NCBI GenBank assembly: GCA_028683995.1
Contig: JAQUGU010000001.1
Location: 1-31,921, forward strand
DNA length: 31,921 nt
Source of the DNA: Syntrophomonadaceae bacterium
GTDB lineage: Bacteria > Bacillota > Syntrophomonadia > Syntrophomonadales > Syntrophomonadaceae
Direction: 5' to 3'
Shown here: positions 17,782-25,745 of the stretch, piece after piece
Layout of the letters: each line of letters opens with the position of its first letter
Position numbering within the stretch: the first letter of the stretch is position 1
Program-made: the position numbers and the translations under genes
The notes under the pieces: generated by a model
The model's database searches: none
Seen by the model: only the letters and a program-made list of their open reading frames with translations
Told to the model about the DNA's origin: nothing

Positions 17782-17871
17782 GAATCCGCGTTAATCCTAT
17801 TATAATCCGCTACCTTAATGGTAGTGCGTTAACGCTACATCAGTGTGCCCTATGGGTACGTTATCCGCGTC
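17782..17871 (+). repeat. CCGCG-family repeat, copy C, interrupted by a 49-nt insert
   Basis: GAATCCGCGTTAATCCTATTATAATCCGC, insert at 17811-17859, then GTTATCCGCGTC. Confidence 0.65.
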
Positions 17872-17887
17872 AATTTATTTTGTCCTG

Positions 17888-20602
17888 CTAAGCATTAATT
17901 TTACCATATTCAAAACCTGAAAGGAAAAGTCTCTGCCAGGTATACAAAATAAATTTCCACAGCAGCCTAAACCCGCTGATAAGAAGTATTAATACCCACT
18001 GCCAGCCATCAAGCGGGATGGTTTTAAAAACATTCTGGAAAAATGGCAGGTAAATTATTAACATCTGCATAAACACCGAGCAAACAACGGCAACAACCAA
18101 AAAGCGGTTGCTGAAAAAGCCCAGTTCAAAAGGTGAAAATCTTTCTGACCGGCACTCAAAAACATAAAATAACTGGGCAAATACCAGGGTTGTTAAGGCC
18201 ATAGTACGAGCAACCCCAATATCCTCCACGCCGTACCAGCGACTAACTACCAGACCGGCAGTAAAGGCCAAAAGAGTTACTATGGCAATATATATTCCGC
18301 GCTTAAAAACCATTGCTCCCAGACCCCGGGCAAATATAGCTTCACTGCGTGGTCTGGGTTTACGCCGCATTATCCCCGGTTCTGGCGCTTCTAATCCCAG
18401 GGCCATAGCGGGCAGACCATCAGTAACCAGATTAATCCACAGAATTTGAATCGGCAGCAATGGAAGTGGCATACCCAACAGTGATGCCAAAAACATTACC
18501 AGAACTTCACCAATATTACAGCCCAGGAGATATCTAATAAATTTCCTTATATTATCATAGATAGCCCGGCCTTCGTACACCGCATTGACAATAGTAGAGA
18601 AATTATCATCAGCCAGAATCATGGCTGAGGCCTCACGACTGACTTCGGTTCCGATAATACCCATAGCTACACCAATATCAGACGCTTTTAAAGCCGGGGC
18701 ATCATTAACCCCATCACCAGTCATAGCCACCACATGCCCGTGTTTTTTAAGCACTTTAACGATACGGTTTTTATGCTGCGGAGATACCCGGGCAAAAACC
18801 CTTTTCTTAATAGCGCCTTGATAAAGTTCCTGGTCTGGCATTTGATCTATCTTGGGACCGGTAATTACTCCGCCTTCACCAGCTATACCGATTTCTACAG
18901 CAATAGCCCGGGCGGTAATCGGATGGTCTCCAGTAATCATCAGGGGTACAATTCCGGCTCTAATACACTCACTGACTGAATCCTTGACTCCCACCCGGGG
19001 AGGATCAATCATACCGCAGAGTCCTACCAGAGTCAAATTCCTTTCCATTTCATGGCTGTTAACATGATGCCAATCCCGGGGGTTTAATTTTTTATAAGCA
19101 AAGCCCAGTACCCGTAAGGCCTGGGCTGCCCATTCCTCCTGCACTTCATTAAGATAATTCTGGTGCCGGGGCTGTAACACCGAAATCCCACCATGTTCCA
19201 TTACCTGCGAACAAAGAGAGGTAATTGTCTCCAGAGCCCCTTTCACCAGCAGGATATGTTCACCGTTTTTTTCAATTATTACACTCATCAGTTTACGTTC
19301 GGAATCAAAGGGAACCTCCTTTAAACGCTTAAAAGACGGTCTCACTCCTGCTTTAGCTGCCATAACCAGCAGGGCACCCTCGGTAGGGTCACCATTTATT
19401 TCATAGGTACCCTGGTTTATTTCCAGGCTGGAGTTGTTACAGTGGGCCGCAATCTCAAGTACAATATTGCAAGCAGTATCGTCCCCCGGATTTACCGCTT
19501 TTTTCCCCAGTAAAAATTTGCCTTGAGGATTATAACCTTCACCCTCGATAAGTATTGTTTTATCCAATGTTGCCATTCTTCTTACGGTCATTTTATTCTG
19601 GGTTAGAGTCCCGGTTTTATCAGAACATATTATAGTAGTACAGCCCAGGGTTTCCACTGCCGGTAAACGCCTGATGATAGCATTTCTTTTGGCCATTCGC
19701 TGAACCCCCAGAGCCAGGACAATAGTTACAATAGCGGGCAAACCTTCAGGAATTGCTGCCACCGCCAGGCTAATACCGGCAAGGAACATAGTCAGCATCT
19801 CTTCACCCCGGTAAATGCCCATCAAAGTAACCAGGCCACAAACTAGCAGACAAATTACAATCAGATATTTACCCAGCTGATCCAGCTTAATCTGCAGGGG
19901 AGTCATATCCTGTTTTTCATTTTTCATCATGCGGGCAATCTGCCCCATTACGGTATCCATTCCAGTTAATATTACTACTGCCTTACTCCGTCCGCGGGTT
20001 ACTCCGGTTCCCATAAATGCCAGGTTGTTCAAATCAGCCAGCGGCATTTCTTGAGTAAACCGGGAGGAGGGGTCTTTAGGTATAGGTAAAGACTCACCGG
20101 TAAGAGAGGCTTCATCAATTTCCAGGCTGCTGCTTTCTAAAAGTCTGAGGTCAGCCGGAACGCGGTCACCCGCTTCAATAAAAACGATATCCCCGGGCAA
20201 CAACTCCTGAGCTGGAATGTTAATCTTCTTCCCGTCTCGTAATACCCGGGCATATGGTGCTGCCAGTTTTTTAATCTCTTCCAGGGAGCGTTCGGCCCGG
20301 TACTCCTGTATGAATCCCAGTACCGCATTTAATATTACAATCGCCATTATAGTTATAGCATCAGCCATAGCTCCTATTATCCCGGAAATTACAGTAGCAC
20401 AAAGAAGAACAATAACCATAGTATCAGTAAACTGCTTAAAAAAGATAGAGAAGGGACTTGTTTTATGTCCTCCTTCCAGAACATTGGACTTTTCAGCAGC
20501 CCTTTTTTGAACTTCCTTGCTATTGAGCCCCCTATCGCTACTGGTCTTAAGCAATTCCAGGATATTTTCTATACTTTCTTGATACCAGAGGGAGTTTATC
20601 AT
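17888..20602 (-). CDS. P-type (P2A-like) calcium-translocating ATPase, YloB-like
   Basis: TGES, IPEGLP, CSDKTGTLT (phosphorylated Asp), MITGDH, TGDGVNDAPAL and NLVTDG. Confidence 0.93.
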   Translation of the reverse strand: MINSLWYQESIENILELLKTSSDRGLNSKEVQKRAAEKSNVLEGGHKTSPFSIFFKQFTDTMVIVLLCATVISGIIGAMADAITIMAIVILNAVLGFIQEYRAERSLEEIKKLAAPYARVLRDGKKINIPAQELLPGDIVFIEAGDRVPADLRLLESSSLEIDEASLTGESLPIPKDPSSRFTQEMPLADLNNLAFMGTGVTRGRSKAVVILTGMDTVMGQIARMMKNEKQDMTPLQIKLDQLGKYLIVICLLVCGLVTLMGIYRGEEMLTMFLAGISLAVAAIPEGLPAIVTIVLALGVQRMAKRNAIIRRLPAVETLGCTTIICSDKTGTLTQNKMTVRRMATLDKTILIEGEGYNPQGKFLLGKKAVNPGDDTACNIVLEIAAHCNNSSLEINQGTYEINGDPTEGALLVMAAKAGVRPSFKRLKEVPFDSERKLMSVIIEKNGEHILLVKGALETITSLCSQVMEHGGISVLQPRHQNYLNEVQEEWAAQALRVLGFAYKKLNPRDWHHVNSHEMERNLTLVGLCGMIDPPRVGVKDSVSECIRAGIVPLMITGDHPITARAIAVEIGIAGEGGVITGPKIDQMPDQELYQGAIKKRVFARVSPQHKNRIVKVLKKHGHVVAMTGDGVNDAPALKASDIGVAMGIIGTEVSREASAMILADDNFSTIVNAVYEGRAIYDNIRKFIRYLLGCNIGEVLVMFLASLLGMPLPLLPIQILWINLVTDGLPAMALGLEAPEPGIMRRKPRPRSEAIFARGLGAMVFKRGIYIAIVTLLAFTAGLVVSRWYGVEDIGVARTMALTTLVFAQLFYVFECRSERFSPFELGFFSNRFLVVAVVCSVFMQMLIIYLPFFQNVFKTIPLDGWQWVLILLISGFRLLWKFILYTWQRLFLSGFEYGKINA

Positions 20603-20654
20603 GCTGCAGCCTCCACTTGCCCTTTTTGACCATTTTTATTCAATTGCTGACCTT

Positions 20655-20693
20655 AAAAGAACAGGGGACGGGCCAAAGCCCATCCCCTGTTCT
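20655..20693 (-). terminator. Intrinsic terminator after phaC
   Basis: AGAACAGGGGATGGGC-TTTG-GCCCGTCCCCTGTTCT-TTT: a 16-bp stem with one U:G pair. Confidence 0.8.
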
Positions 20694-20717
20694 GCTGTTA
20701 ACTTATTCCTATTTTTA

Positions 20718-21809
20718 TCAGGATCTCTCGCCCAGCCACTGGCTGACGATGGGAAATACTTTATCCCTGGCTGTACCCCCAAAGACCAGTCCTCCATGTC
20801 CTACCGGGAATTCATAATAGCTCTTATCCCCGGATCCCATATACTCCATGGCCGCTCTGGCCTGCTGGGGTAAAACAATATGGTCGTTTTTCCCTGCCAG
20901 CACCAGCAAGGCAGCGTCAATATTTTTAAGGTCCACCTGCTGGCCGCGAAGATACATTCCCCCTTTAATCAACAGATTCTGCTGGTACATATCTCGAATC
21001 CACTGCCGATAAGCACCCCCTGGAAAATTGCTATTGTCATTTACCCACTTATTCAGGACTTTCCATGATTTTATAGACATACCCTCATCTATTGCCTTCC
21101 ACAAGCGGGTATAAGTACCCCAGAAATTATTAACCGGATTCAACATCTTGACCCCATAGTCAACAAAGCTGCGGGGCACCAGTTCAAAAGTATCCGCAAT
21201 TTTGTCAGCATCAAAAGCCCCGGAGTTAATCCATTTGGAAGATATTCCGGCGTCTTCAAAATCAAAGGGGGCAGCAAGAAATACCATGTTTCTGATCCGG
21301 GGAAACTGAAATAGCGAGGTATACATGGCCGCCATGGTTCCTCCCATACAATATCCGATAATGCTTAACTCATCACAACGGGAAAACTGGCAGACCTTGT
21401 GAACGGCATGGGCTATATAATCAAATACCAGCTCGGCAAAGGTTAAGTTCCGGTCCTCCCATTCGAAATCCCCCCACTCCAGCATATAAACATCAAAACC
21501 CTCATCTACCAGATGCTCGACCAGGCTCATGCCCGGCGTAAGATCCAGAATATAGGCCTTATTAATTAATGCATAAAGTATAAGTATGGGAGTTCGGTGT
21601 TTAATGCCATGGCTGCAGTAGCGGTATAGTTTGGATTTGTTTTTGCGCCAAACTATATCTTTGGGAGTCATACCCGTTTGCGGATCCGGGTCAAAACTAA
21701 CTATTTCCGCCCACTTACGAGTGCTATCCAGAATGCGATCATAACTTTCCTGTAATTTTTCTCCTACTTCGTCAGCGCTACCACTTAACCAATATGATTT
21801 CTTCCCCAT
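20718..21809 (-). CDS. phaC: PHA synthase catalytic subunit (class III/IV size, 363 aa)
   Basis: QTGMTPK, YALINKAYILDL, lipase box GYCMGG, DHIV (Asp) and GHGGL (His). Confidence 0.92.
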   Translation of the reverse strand: MGKKSYWLSGSADEVGEKLQESYDRILDSTRKWAEIVSFDPDPQTGMTPKDIVWRKNKSKLYRYCSHGIKHRTPILILYALINKAYILDLTPGMSLVEHLVDEGFDVYMLEWGDFEWEDRNLTFAELVFDYIAHAVHKVCQFSRCDELSIIGYCMGGTMAAMYTSLFQFPRIRNMVFLAAPFDFEDAGISSKWINSGAFDADKIADTFELVPRSFVDYGVKMLNPVNNFWGTYTRLWKAIDEGMSIKSWKVLNKWVNDNSNFPGGAYRQWIRDMYQQNLLIKGGMYLRGQQVDLKNIDAALLVLAGKNDHIVLPQQARAAMEYMGSGDKSYYEFPVGHGGLVFGGTARDKVFPIVSQWLGERS

Positions 21810-21811
21810 CT

Positions 21812-22270
21812 TTATAACCCCTCACTAATTTGTTTTAACGTCCGTTCAATAACATGGTTACGCGGCGGTATAACTATAGCTACACCATCAAGAATCACTT
21901 CATCATTCTGGTTATAACAAGAGGTTCGTAATTTGACTCTTCCCCGAGGTAGTTTTTCTACCACTTCGGTTTGTGCGCGGACGGTGTCATTGATATAGCA
22001 AGGTGCCAAAAAATCAATGTTTTGAGTTTCATAAATAGTGCCCGCACCAGGCATCCGGTTACCTACCACATTAGATATGAGGCCAATAAGCAACATACCA
22101 TGAACCACACGGGTTTTGAAATGTCCTCTGCTAGCCCTTACTTCATTAACATGAAGCCAGCTGAAGTCTCCGGTTATTCCCGCATATAGATAAACATCTG
22201 TTTCAGTAATAGTTTTTTCTATATACCCCTTATCACCAACTTTTAGTTCACTGTATATATGTTCTATCAT
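21812..22270 (-). CDS. phaJ: MaoC-family dehydratase, probable (R)-specific enoyl-CoA hydratase
   Basis: Hydratase motif YAGITGDFSWLH (D-x4-H), VVHGML and PGAGTIY. Lies inside the pha cluster. Confidence 0.8.
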   Translation of the reverse strand: MIEHIYSELKVGDKGYIEKTITETDVYLYAGITGDFSWLHVNEVRASRGHFKTRVVHGMLLIGLISNVVGNRMPGAGTIYETQNIDFLAPCYINDTVRAQTEVVEKLPRGRVKLRTSCYNQNDEVILDGVAIVIPPRNHVIERTLKQISEGL

Positions 22271-22291
22271 TAAACCTCACCCCCCGTAAAA

Positions 22292-22861
22292 CTAACTCTC
22301 ACTATCTTTTTTCTTACTCTTTTTGGGTTTGGTTACAAGCCTGTCATCTTCACTTTTAACTTGCTTAACACTATCCTGAGAGCGGGTCTTTGCGTTCAAT
22401 TTTCTATTGATAGTATCCAGTTTTTTATTTATACTGGCATTTTGCTCTTTTAATTCTGATATTTCCTGTTTCATAAGCTCTTGATAATCTACCAGTTTAA
22501 TCATGCTACTGGCTATATTAGTTATGTTATTGGAAAAATGCAGGTCAAAATCATCCACTTTATCTTCAAGCCCTATTATGAGTTCAGCTATCCTGGCTAT
22601 ATCCTTTTTAGATGGAAGCGGATTAACTTCAAAATACTGATCTATATTCTGTTGGGAAACCTTATGAAAAGATAGATACTGGTCTCTGATCTGATCCAAA
22701 ACTTGAATAAAGCTCTTGCTGGCTATAAGTTCCCTGGTGGCAGTGGTCCAAGATTCTTCGGCATTAAAATATAATTCCTTCCACAGCTCTACGATATCAG
22801 GCATCTTAACGTTATCCCCTGGCTCTGCCTGTTTCTGCTTTGCCCTGCTTTCTTCTGGCAT
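22292..22861 (-). CDS. phaR: PHA synthase partner subunit, Bacillus PhaR-type, with Lys-rich tail
   Basis: LPSKKDIARIAELIIGLEDKVDDFD resembles the conserved core of class IV PhaR. Its 189 aa fits PhaR rather than the ~40 kDa PhaE. Confidence 0.7.
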   Translation of the reverse strand: MPEESRAKQKQAEPGDNVKMPDIVELWKELYFNAEESWTTATRELIASKSFIQVLDQIRDQYLSFHKVSQQNIDQYFEVNPLPSKKDIARIAELIIGLEDKVDDFDLHFSNNITNIASSMIKLVDYQELMKQEISELKEQNASINKKLDTINRKLNAKTRSQDSVKQVKSEDDRLVTKPKKSKKKDSES

Positions 22862-22899
22862 TATCTATTTGCCCTCCTATCGCAATAAAAAAATACAAC

Positions 22900-22928
22900 G
22901 CGGTTATGACCTCAAAGGTCATAACCGC
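22900..22928 (-). terminator. Hairpin between phasin and phaR
   Basis: Perfect 12-bp stem GCGGTTATGACC / GGTCATAACCGC, followed on the minus strand by GTTGTATTTTTTT. Confidence 0.75.
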
Positions 22929-22950
22929 CTAACTGCAGTGCCTGAAAATA

Positions 22951-23295
22951 CTACAGATTATCCACTTTTTTAGACAGCTCATCTACCTTTTTAGACAGCT
23001 GGTCTATATAAGTAAAAGTAGGTATTTCTAGATTATCAAATGCATTTACAACTGCTTCCTGGATCATTTTTTGCATTTGCTGCTGATTTTTCTTGGCCTG
23101 GTTGGTAAGATCCTCAATAACCTTATTAGCCTCTTCTCTGGCTACTTTGTGCTGTTCCAGATATTTGCGCCCCATACTCTCAATTTGTTCCTGAGACCAG
23201 GACATACTGCCCAGGGTTACTAACCACATATCCCATAGTTTCTCGCTTGAATTTTCTAACACTGCAAATGTCTTGTTGATGTTCTCGCTACTCAT
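22951..23295 (-). CDS. Phasin-like PHA granule protein
   Basis: A 114-aa amphipathic helical protein ending IPTFTYIDQLSKKVDELSKKV, like PhaI/PhaF-type phasins. First gene of the pha cluster. Confidence 0.7.
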   Translation of the reverse strand: MSSENINKTFAVLENSSEKLWDMWLVTLGSMSWSQEQIESMGRKYLEQHKVAREEANKVIEDLTNQAKKNQQQMQKMIQEAVVNAFDNLEIPTFTYIDQLSKKVDELSKKVDNL

Positions 23296-23447
23296 AAAAC
23301 CACTCCTTCCCTGAATTCAAGTATTCTGCCCAATGTTCTGGCTAAACCACCCCCCTTTCCGAATAATTACAATAATATGTGAAAACGGTATTATTAGCCT
23401 TTAATTTCTTAATTAAGGAATAATTAACTAATTAATCCGTACTAACC

Positions 23448-23476
23448 AGTTTAAGATGTTTACCGGATATTGTAAA
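23448..23476 (-). promoter_or_regulatory. Putative sigma-A promoter of the pha cluster
   Basis: TTTACA-N17-TAAACT on the minus strand. Confidence 0.5.
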
Positions 23477-23576
23477 CTATTAAATTCTGTTGATTTATGG
23501 GATTAATTAGGCAAGAAATGCAATTATGACTATATTGGACGAGTTAACGCTGTTTATAAATGCCTATTATAAGTGC

Positions 23577-24206
23577 TTATTCTGACAATGCATTAAGCAG
23601 TTGATGGCAGTTATCTTGTCGGAATTCATTTTCGTCAACTAAAGTGAGAAAAGTCATTTGTTCATACTCGTAACGCTGGTTGATAGCAAGGTCACTATAA
23701 ACCCCATAGGATTTTAAGACAAATTCAGCTACTCTTTCTCCAAACAATAACAAATAAGTAGGATGCAGAATTTCTATTTCCTCAAGCAGAAAAGGCAGAC
23801 AGGAAATGATTTCGTCGGTACCTGGTCTGACCGGTATACCGTCACAAGTCTTGTTACTGAGCAGGCAAGTATAATCTTTATCAATCCACTTCCCCTGCCC
23901 ATAACAATTGACACTTTGTCTGATGGCACAAGCTTTTGGTTGGCATCTGACCATAAAGGTATGGTAAATCTTGTCCAGTTTAAGTTCTTGTTTAATTATA
24001 TTACGCAGTCTAATAATATTGTTAATATCACTGATAAAACTATTTTCATATTCAAAGACTAGCAAAGCCTCGGGCTCTAATTCACCTTTACCCATAGATG
24101 GTTTTCTCAGGCATTTTACCAGTGATGGGCAACGTTGACATTGGCATATCCTGTCTTCCATCTCAATAATACGACGGATGTTTTGTTCTCTATTGCCTAC
24201 CACCAT
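23577..24206 (-). CDS. Degenerate family-4 uracil-DNA glycosylase-like Fe-S protein
   Basis: CQRC, MGKG, YHTFMVRCQP and EIISCLPFLLEEIEILHP..LLFG follow the UDG-F4 scaffold, but the catalytic motifs are absent. Start moved to ATG 24206 (G-rich SD). Confidence 0.7.
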   Translation of the reverse strand: MVVGNREQNIRRIIEMEDRICQCQRCPSLVKCLRKPSMGKGELEPEALLVFEYENSFISDINNIIRLRNIIKQELKLDKIYHTFMVRCQPKACAIRQSVNCYGQGKWIDKDYTCLLSNKTCDGIPVRPGTDEIISCLPFLLEEIEILHPTYLLLFGERVAEFVLKSYGVYSDLAINQRYEYEQMTFLTLVDENEFRQDNCHQLLNALSE

Positions 24207-24256
24207 CTTGCCCCCCCAGAATTCCAAGCCATAAGCTTAATATACCTGTCAGAATT

Positions 24257-24284
24257 GTTCGACATATGGGTTAAATATTCCTTC
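24257..24284 (-). promoter_or_regulatory. Sigma-H-like promoter for the UDG-like gene
   Basis: GAAGGAATA...GTCGAAC (AGGA-N18-GAAC). Confidence 0.45.
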
Positions 24285-24329
24285 TCAGGAAATAAGTTTT
24301 TATAATGGAATTTTAAAGTAATATTTATA

Positions 24330-24713
24330 TTATTTAATCTTATATAGATACTCCCTGGTGGAAGAACCAATTCCCCAGGTAGCATCAGCAAGTTTGGTAC
24401 AGACATAACTGCGAAGATTTACATCTAGTTCAGGATCACCTATATCAAAAACAATATAGAAGGCTCTCAATACATCCATCATATTAGTCATTAATCGTTC
24501 TGGTGGAGCCTTTTTTAACAGGGCATCCTTTTTACCGTAAAAATAAATTAGACGCTTTAAGACCCACAGTATTTCAACATTTGACCATGTTTTTTGGTTT
24601 ACAATCTCGTCCAGTAATTGTTCTGGTCCAAGTTCATATTCTTTTTTTTCCAAATCACTCCATTCCTTGCTACCAAAAACTGTAGAAGGAATTCCAAAAA
24701 TATTGTTTTCCAC
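24330..24713 (-). CDS. Hypothetical protein (127 aa)
   Basis: GTG start with SD GGAGGT, same strand as its neighbours, and protein-like helical composition. No family recognised. Confidence 0.75.
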   Translation of the reverse strand: MENNIFGIPSTVFGSKEWSDLEKKEYELGPEQLLDEIVNQKTWSNVEILWVLKRLIYFYGKKDALLKKAPPERLMTNMMDVLRAFYIVFDIGDPELDVNLRSYVCTKLADATWGIGSSTREYLYKIK

Positions 24714-24739
24714 CTTTATACCTCCGATTTAAAGTTTAT

Positions 24740-24767
24740 TTTCTACAAGAATCTAGATAAATCCTGC
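24740..24767 (-). promoter_or_regulatory. Sigma-H-like promoter for the 127-aa gene
   Basis: GCAGGATTT...GAAA (AGGA-N18-GAAA). The -10 element is imperfect. Confidence 0.35.
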
Positions 24768-24861
24768 TAATTTTTTATTTTATTGTTAAAACCCCAGGGC
24801 GGAATGCCAGGTGGATTAAGAAAAGCTATAGAATAGACACTTAAGCCGAGTCCCTGGTCGG

Positions 24862-25701
24862 TTATTCTCTAAAATTAAGGTAAGTATACAATTGGTCCGC
24901 TAATTTTTTAGAAACGCCGGCAGAGCCCATGTTGGCCCGGCTTTCTGCACCGCCGGGACCATGGTAATCTGACCCTCCGGTCAATAGTAAGTGGTAGCGC
25001 CTGGCTAACCTCAACAGTTCTTCTATTTGCTCAGGACTATGTTCAGGATAAAAAACCTCTAAACCTTCTATACCCAGGTTAATAATATCGAGCACTTTTT
25101 TTTTGTTTTTTATTAACCCGGGATGAGCCAACACGGCAATACCACCCGCATTTTTTATTAGTTCAATCGCTTCCGCCGGTAAGAATTTATAACGGGGGAC
25201 ATATCCTGGGGCTCCCCACCCGATATATTTTTCAAATGCTTCGTCGATAGAAGCAACATAATTATTATTTATAAGAGCCCGGGCCACATGAGGCCTGCCG
25301 ATTGATTCCCCCTGAGCTAACTCTTTTACCTGAGTAAAATTGATTTTTAAACCTGCTTCCTGTAAACGGCTGACCATTTGCTCAGATCTATGATATCTGG
25401 AAATACGGATATCCTGCAAACGCTGGTTTAAAGCAGCATTTTGGGGGTCAATAAAATATCCCAAAATATGTACTTCTTCCTTTTCGGCTTCTGTATTCAA
25501 TTCTACAGCCGGAATAAAGTCCAGGCAGTAGGAGGTAGTATTCAGATATTGCCGGGCCTTTTCCAAACCAGCCACCGTGTCATGGTCACTTATAGCGATT
25601 CCTTTTAAACCAATTTCCACCGCCTTATCAATTACTTCTTGCGGTGTCAGGACTCCATCAGAGGCGGTAGTGTGAATGTGCAAATCATACTCATATTTCA
25701 A
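24862..25701 (-). CDS. PHP-domain metallo-hydrolase (YciV/TrpH-like)
   Basis: DLHIHTTASDG, ISDHDT, RPH, LAHP and TGGSDYHG. TTG start at 25701 with SD GGAGG; the ORF-track extension is REP sequence. Confidence 0.88.
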   Translation of the reverse strand: MKYEYDLHIHTTASDGVLTPQEVIDKAVEIGLKGIAISDHDTVAGLEKARQYLNTTSYCLDFIPAVELNTEAEKEEVHILGYFIDPQNAALNQRLQDIRISRYHRSEQMVSRLQEAGLKINFTQVKELAQGESIGRPHVARALINNNYVASIDEAFEKYIGWGAPGYVPRYKFLPAEAIELIKNAGGIAVLAHPGLIKNKKKVLDIINLGIEGLEVFYPEHSPEQIEELLRLARRYHLLLTGGSDYHGPGGAESRANMGSAGVSKKLADQLYTYLNFRE

Positions 25702-25745
25702 TGATTGTCCTCCAAACTTGTATAGCTGTTTTTGGCCGATAATCG

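Noticed and set aside
17613-17887. Lysine riboswitch or T-box upstream of dapF
   Set aside because: No L-box-like conserved core or T-box motif was seen. The region is explained by repeats and a promoter-like sequence. An Rfam scan would be decisive.
23292-23360. Second SD-like GGGGGGTGG and a 13-codon TTG uORF overlapping the phasin ATG
   Set aside because: The SD-to-TTG distance is about 16 nt and there is no other support. Probably incidental.
23365-23490. Rex or Spo0A boxes upstream of the phasin
   Set aside because: Only partial half-site matches in very AT-rich DNA.
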